From positions 25,376,871 through 25,440,870 of the forward strand of contig NC_092676.1 of the NCBI RefSeq assembly GCF_964355755.1: a stretch of DNA of 64,000 bases, in the 5' to 3' direction. This DNA comes from Antedon mediterranea. Its lineage: Eukaryota > Animalia > Echinodermata. Positions 60,534-64,000 of the stretch are shown one piece after another. How positions within the stretch are numbered: position 1 is the first letter of the stretch; the number at the start of each line of letters is the position of its first letter. A program made the position numbers and the translations under genes. Under the pieces are notes generated by a model. That model had not been told where the DNA came from. It did not search any database and saw only the letters and a program-made list of their open reading frames with translations.

Positions 60534-60821
60534 AGATGTATTGTCCCCCAAAAATGTGAAAAATGAAGATTAATAAACAAAAAATAGTGTTAATGAAGTC
60601 AATCACTTCTGTAGAAAAAAGGACAAACTACAGTTAAATTCAACCAAAAACCCATTGACTTCAAGCCAATTTGACTATTTTTGCTTTATATAGTTATATA
60701 GTTTTTTCAGTAAATTTTCTATCCAATTTTTGGTCAAAGTGAATAACTATATTTGACATTAAAATTGCATTAAAAAAAACAAACATTTAAACAAATTGTT
60801 TTTTAGGGAGACAATATATCT
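60534..60821 (+). mobile_element. TTAA-targeting (Kolobok-like) MITE immediately after the IDH1 stop codon
   Basis: ttaa|agatgtattgtcccc...ggagacaatatatct|ttaa. Confidence 0.8.
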
Positions 60822-61499
60822 TTAATGTTTTTAATGTTTTATAAATTTTAATCTTTTATAGATTGTATATCAGACCACCATATTTTTAGGTTACCTATTT
60901 TAGATTTTAATTATTTATTAGACGGACAAAAAAATGAAAATTAAAAATTGTAAGAATAATCCACACTAAAACACAAATGATTATAAATACAGTTATTTTA
61001 TTCAACTCCTAAAAATAATAGATTTAAAAAAATAAAAGTTTAAATACATCACATTGTTTTATTAATATAGAGGCTGAATAATTGAATTTAATGAATATGA
61101 ATATTACAATACAAAGACTACCAATGAATAATTTTACAGTACAATATTTTGTACAAATACCACAAACTTTGAGATTTTATAGAAACGATTTTCAATAGTA
61201 AATAATCCTTTTTTATTTAATTTTGAACCATATTTATGATGGAAAAAAATATGATGGTAAACATGTAGGCCTAGTTATTATATTGTGCTATAGTAGCACT
61301 TATCAGGGATATGCATACAGAAATACTTCCATCTTCAATAAGAATATTTATAGCAGTAGCTGTAGTACAGTATTTATATAATGTTTATATTCTTCTGTAT
61401 TTGTAAGGTAATAAATCCATTAAGCAAAATGTGTACTTTTCAAAATATGCTAATATAAATATTTGTTCGCTTAACTGGTTGATTTTTTTTGTCCATAAA

Positions 61500-62950
61500 C
61501 TTATAGTCATATATGCACATATATTGTGTTATCATCTTCTTATAGACTCATAGTAACCAGTTTTGTCAAAAAATAAAAGGGTCGAAATTTGGTCATTTTT
61601 CGAAAATGTCCAAAATATCGACTTTTTAAAATTAAATTATTATGCAATAATACTGCCATATATGCAGATATATTGCGTTATAATCTTCTTATAGAGTCAT
61701 AGTAACCAGTTATGTCAAAAAATAAAAGAAAAAAAAAATTGCATTTTGTGCTATAGTAACCACTTTTGATATAAATGGTTACTATAGTATAATAAACATT
61801 CGCAGAGTCGAATAATGAGTTCTGCGCATGTTAAAAAACATCAAAAATGAAAAGGGTCGAAAATTTATTTTTTGATGAAACTGGTTACTATAGCACAATT
61901 GACATGCGCAGAACCCATTATTCGACTCTGCACATATTTTATTATGCTATAGTAACCATTTATATAAAAAATTGAAAGGGTCGAAAATCGGCCATTTTTT
62001 GAAAATTTCCCTGTACTATAGTACAGGGATTTTTTTCCAAAATGTCCAATTTTCGACCTTTTTATTTTTCAATGAAACTGGTTACTATAGCACAATTGAC
62101 ATGCGCAGAACGCATTATTCGACTCTGCGCATGTTTATTATGCTATAGTAACCATTTATGTCAAAAGTGGTTACTATAGCACAATTGGCATGTGCAGAAC
62201 CCATTATTCGACTCTGCGCATGTTTATTATGCCATAGTAACCATTTATATCAAAAAATAAAAGGGTCGAAAATCGGCCAATTTACGAAAATTTCCCTGTA
62301 CTATAATACAGGGATTTTTTTCAAATATGGCCAATTTTCGACCTTTTTATTTTTCTATAAAACTGGTTACTATAGCACAATTGACATGCGCAGAACGCAT
62401 TATACGACTCTGCGCATGTTTATTATGCTATAGTAACCATTTATGTCAAAAGTGGTTACTATAGCACAATTGGCATGCGGAGAACCCATTATTCGACTCT
62501 GCGCATGTTTATTATGGCATAGTAACCATTTATATCAAAAAATAAAAGGGTCGAGAATCGTCCAATTTACGAAAATTTCCCTGTACTATAGTACAGGATT
62601 TTTTTAAATGGCCAATTTTCGACCTTTTTATTTTTCGATAAAACTGGTTACTATAGCACAATTGACATGCGTAGAACGCATTATTCGACTCTGCGCATGT
62701 TTATTATGCTATTGTAACCATTTATGTCAAAAGTGGTTACTATAGCACAATTGGCATGCGCAGAACTTATTATTCGACTCTGCGCATGTTTATTATGCTA
62801 TAGTAACCATTTATGTCAAAAAATAAAAGGGTCGAAAATCGACCATTTTTTCGAAAATTTCCCTGTACTATACAAAAATGGCCAAAATATCGGCTTTTTA
62901 AATTCAATTATTATGCAATAATATTGTCATATATGCACATATTGTGTCAT
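61500..62950. repeat. Complex tandem repeat, ~281-285-bp units built from palindromic subunits
   Basis: actatagcacaattgacatgcg recurs at 62084, 62369 and 62650; internal inverted pairs ggttactatagca/tgctatagtaacc and catgcgcaga/tctgcgcatg. Confidence 0.85.
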
Positions 62951-64000
62951 AGTCTTTTAATTCCAATACAAAACAAACAACAGTAGTGATAAGAATAATA
63001 AGTAAAAATTTATTAAATATTAAGTTTGTGACATACAAAGGCACGATATTTATTTTCAGTTTTCATGAAGATGATGATATTATTGACACGGTCAAAAGTG
63101 CATGTAATAGTCAACTGCGAGTCAAATTCATTATCTTCTATCGCCACAATTATTTCATTTTTTAAAACGGCCAAATAAATAATGAAATGAAGCTAGCAAC
63201 AATCCAAGAATAAAGCAAATTTTAAATAATTAACTTGTTTGGTGGAAAAAACATTTTTTTTTTAAAGAAATATATGACACTTAGGGCCTGTTCCTATTGA
63301 AAAATCACAACAGAAATCATAAAAAGATTGCATTGTAGCTCAAAACCTCTCCACAAAAACACCAGTATTTTACGATCGAGACCAGGATCAATAGATAAAC
63401 CATATCTAAAATTGCCACTGCAGCCTTATGGTAATGTAAGGTAAAAGTGTTTTTTTACCTGTTTCTACTGGCAAAGGAATACGGTTCTTTCGAAATATGG
63501 TATTTAAATCCGTATTGTCTTGTAGGATTCTACTATGGAGTATAAATTAGAAACTCCATAATCCTACTGCCATACATGGTGAATTTAGTTAAGACATACA
63601 GTACGGTAACCCTAGTTATATGCAGCTATATCATAATGAAACAATGGAATGTATAATATATTAAAAACAATTAAAACTTATTTTTTATTGCTAACAAAGT
63701 TTAAAATATTTAGATATACTGTAATAGAAACACAGTTCCGTTTATAATATTACAAATTGTTTTTAATTTTGTAAAAGTGTTTCTATATTAAGATTTACTT
63801 GCTGTTATATCTCACCTTATTTTAGTATTTCCAATATATTGATTTTCTTTTCCTTAATTTACTATTTTCATTTAATGTAAATTGTAAAATAAATGCAATT
63901 AATGTTTTAAAAGAAAAAAATAGAGCACAATATAAGGTAATTGATTAAATTGAATTTGAAAGTTAAAAATATAAATTAATTAATAAGTAAACCATAAACG

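Overview
AT-rich, intron-containing animal (probably marine invertebrate) genomic DNA. Host genes in order: a plant-type pathogen-related protein gene (minus strand, runs off the left edge), an LRRNT-LRR-LRRCT single-pass membrane protein, Nup62, an A1CF-like RRM/dsRBD protein and cytosolic IDH1, followed by a ~283-bp satellite. MITEs, SINEs and Helentron-type repeats are scattered throughout. The main feature is a 6,555-bp element (21070-27624) starting 5'-CAC. It encodes an apparently intact 13-coding-exon, 926-aa DDE transposase with a RAG1-like N-terminal Zn motif, a C3HC4 RING, a second Zn finger and a RAG1/Transib/Chapaev-like core. The element sits exactly between two apparently identical 8,541-bp direct repeats (12529-21069 and 27625-36165), each carrying the whole Nup62 coding region. 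This looks like a transposon-associated tandem gene duplication, although an assembly artefact cannot be excluded. Inside the transposase gene, the exon with the second catalytic Asp has a frame-preserving upstream duplicate that lacks the Asp. No RAG2-like partner is recognisable. All splicing and family calls were made by eye, without database searches.
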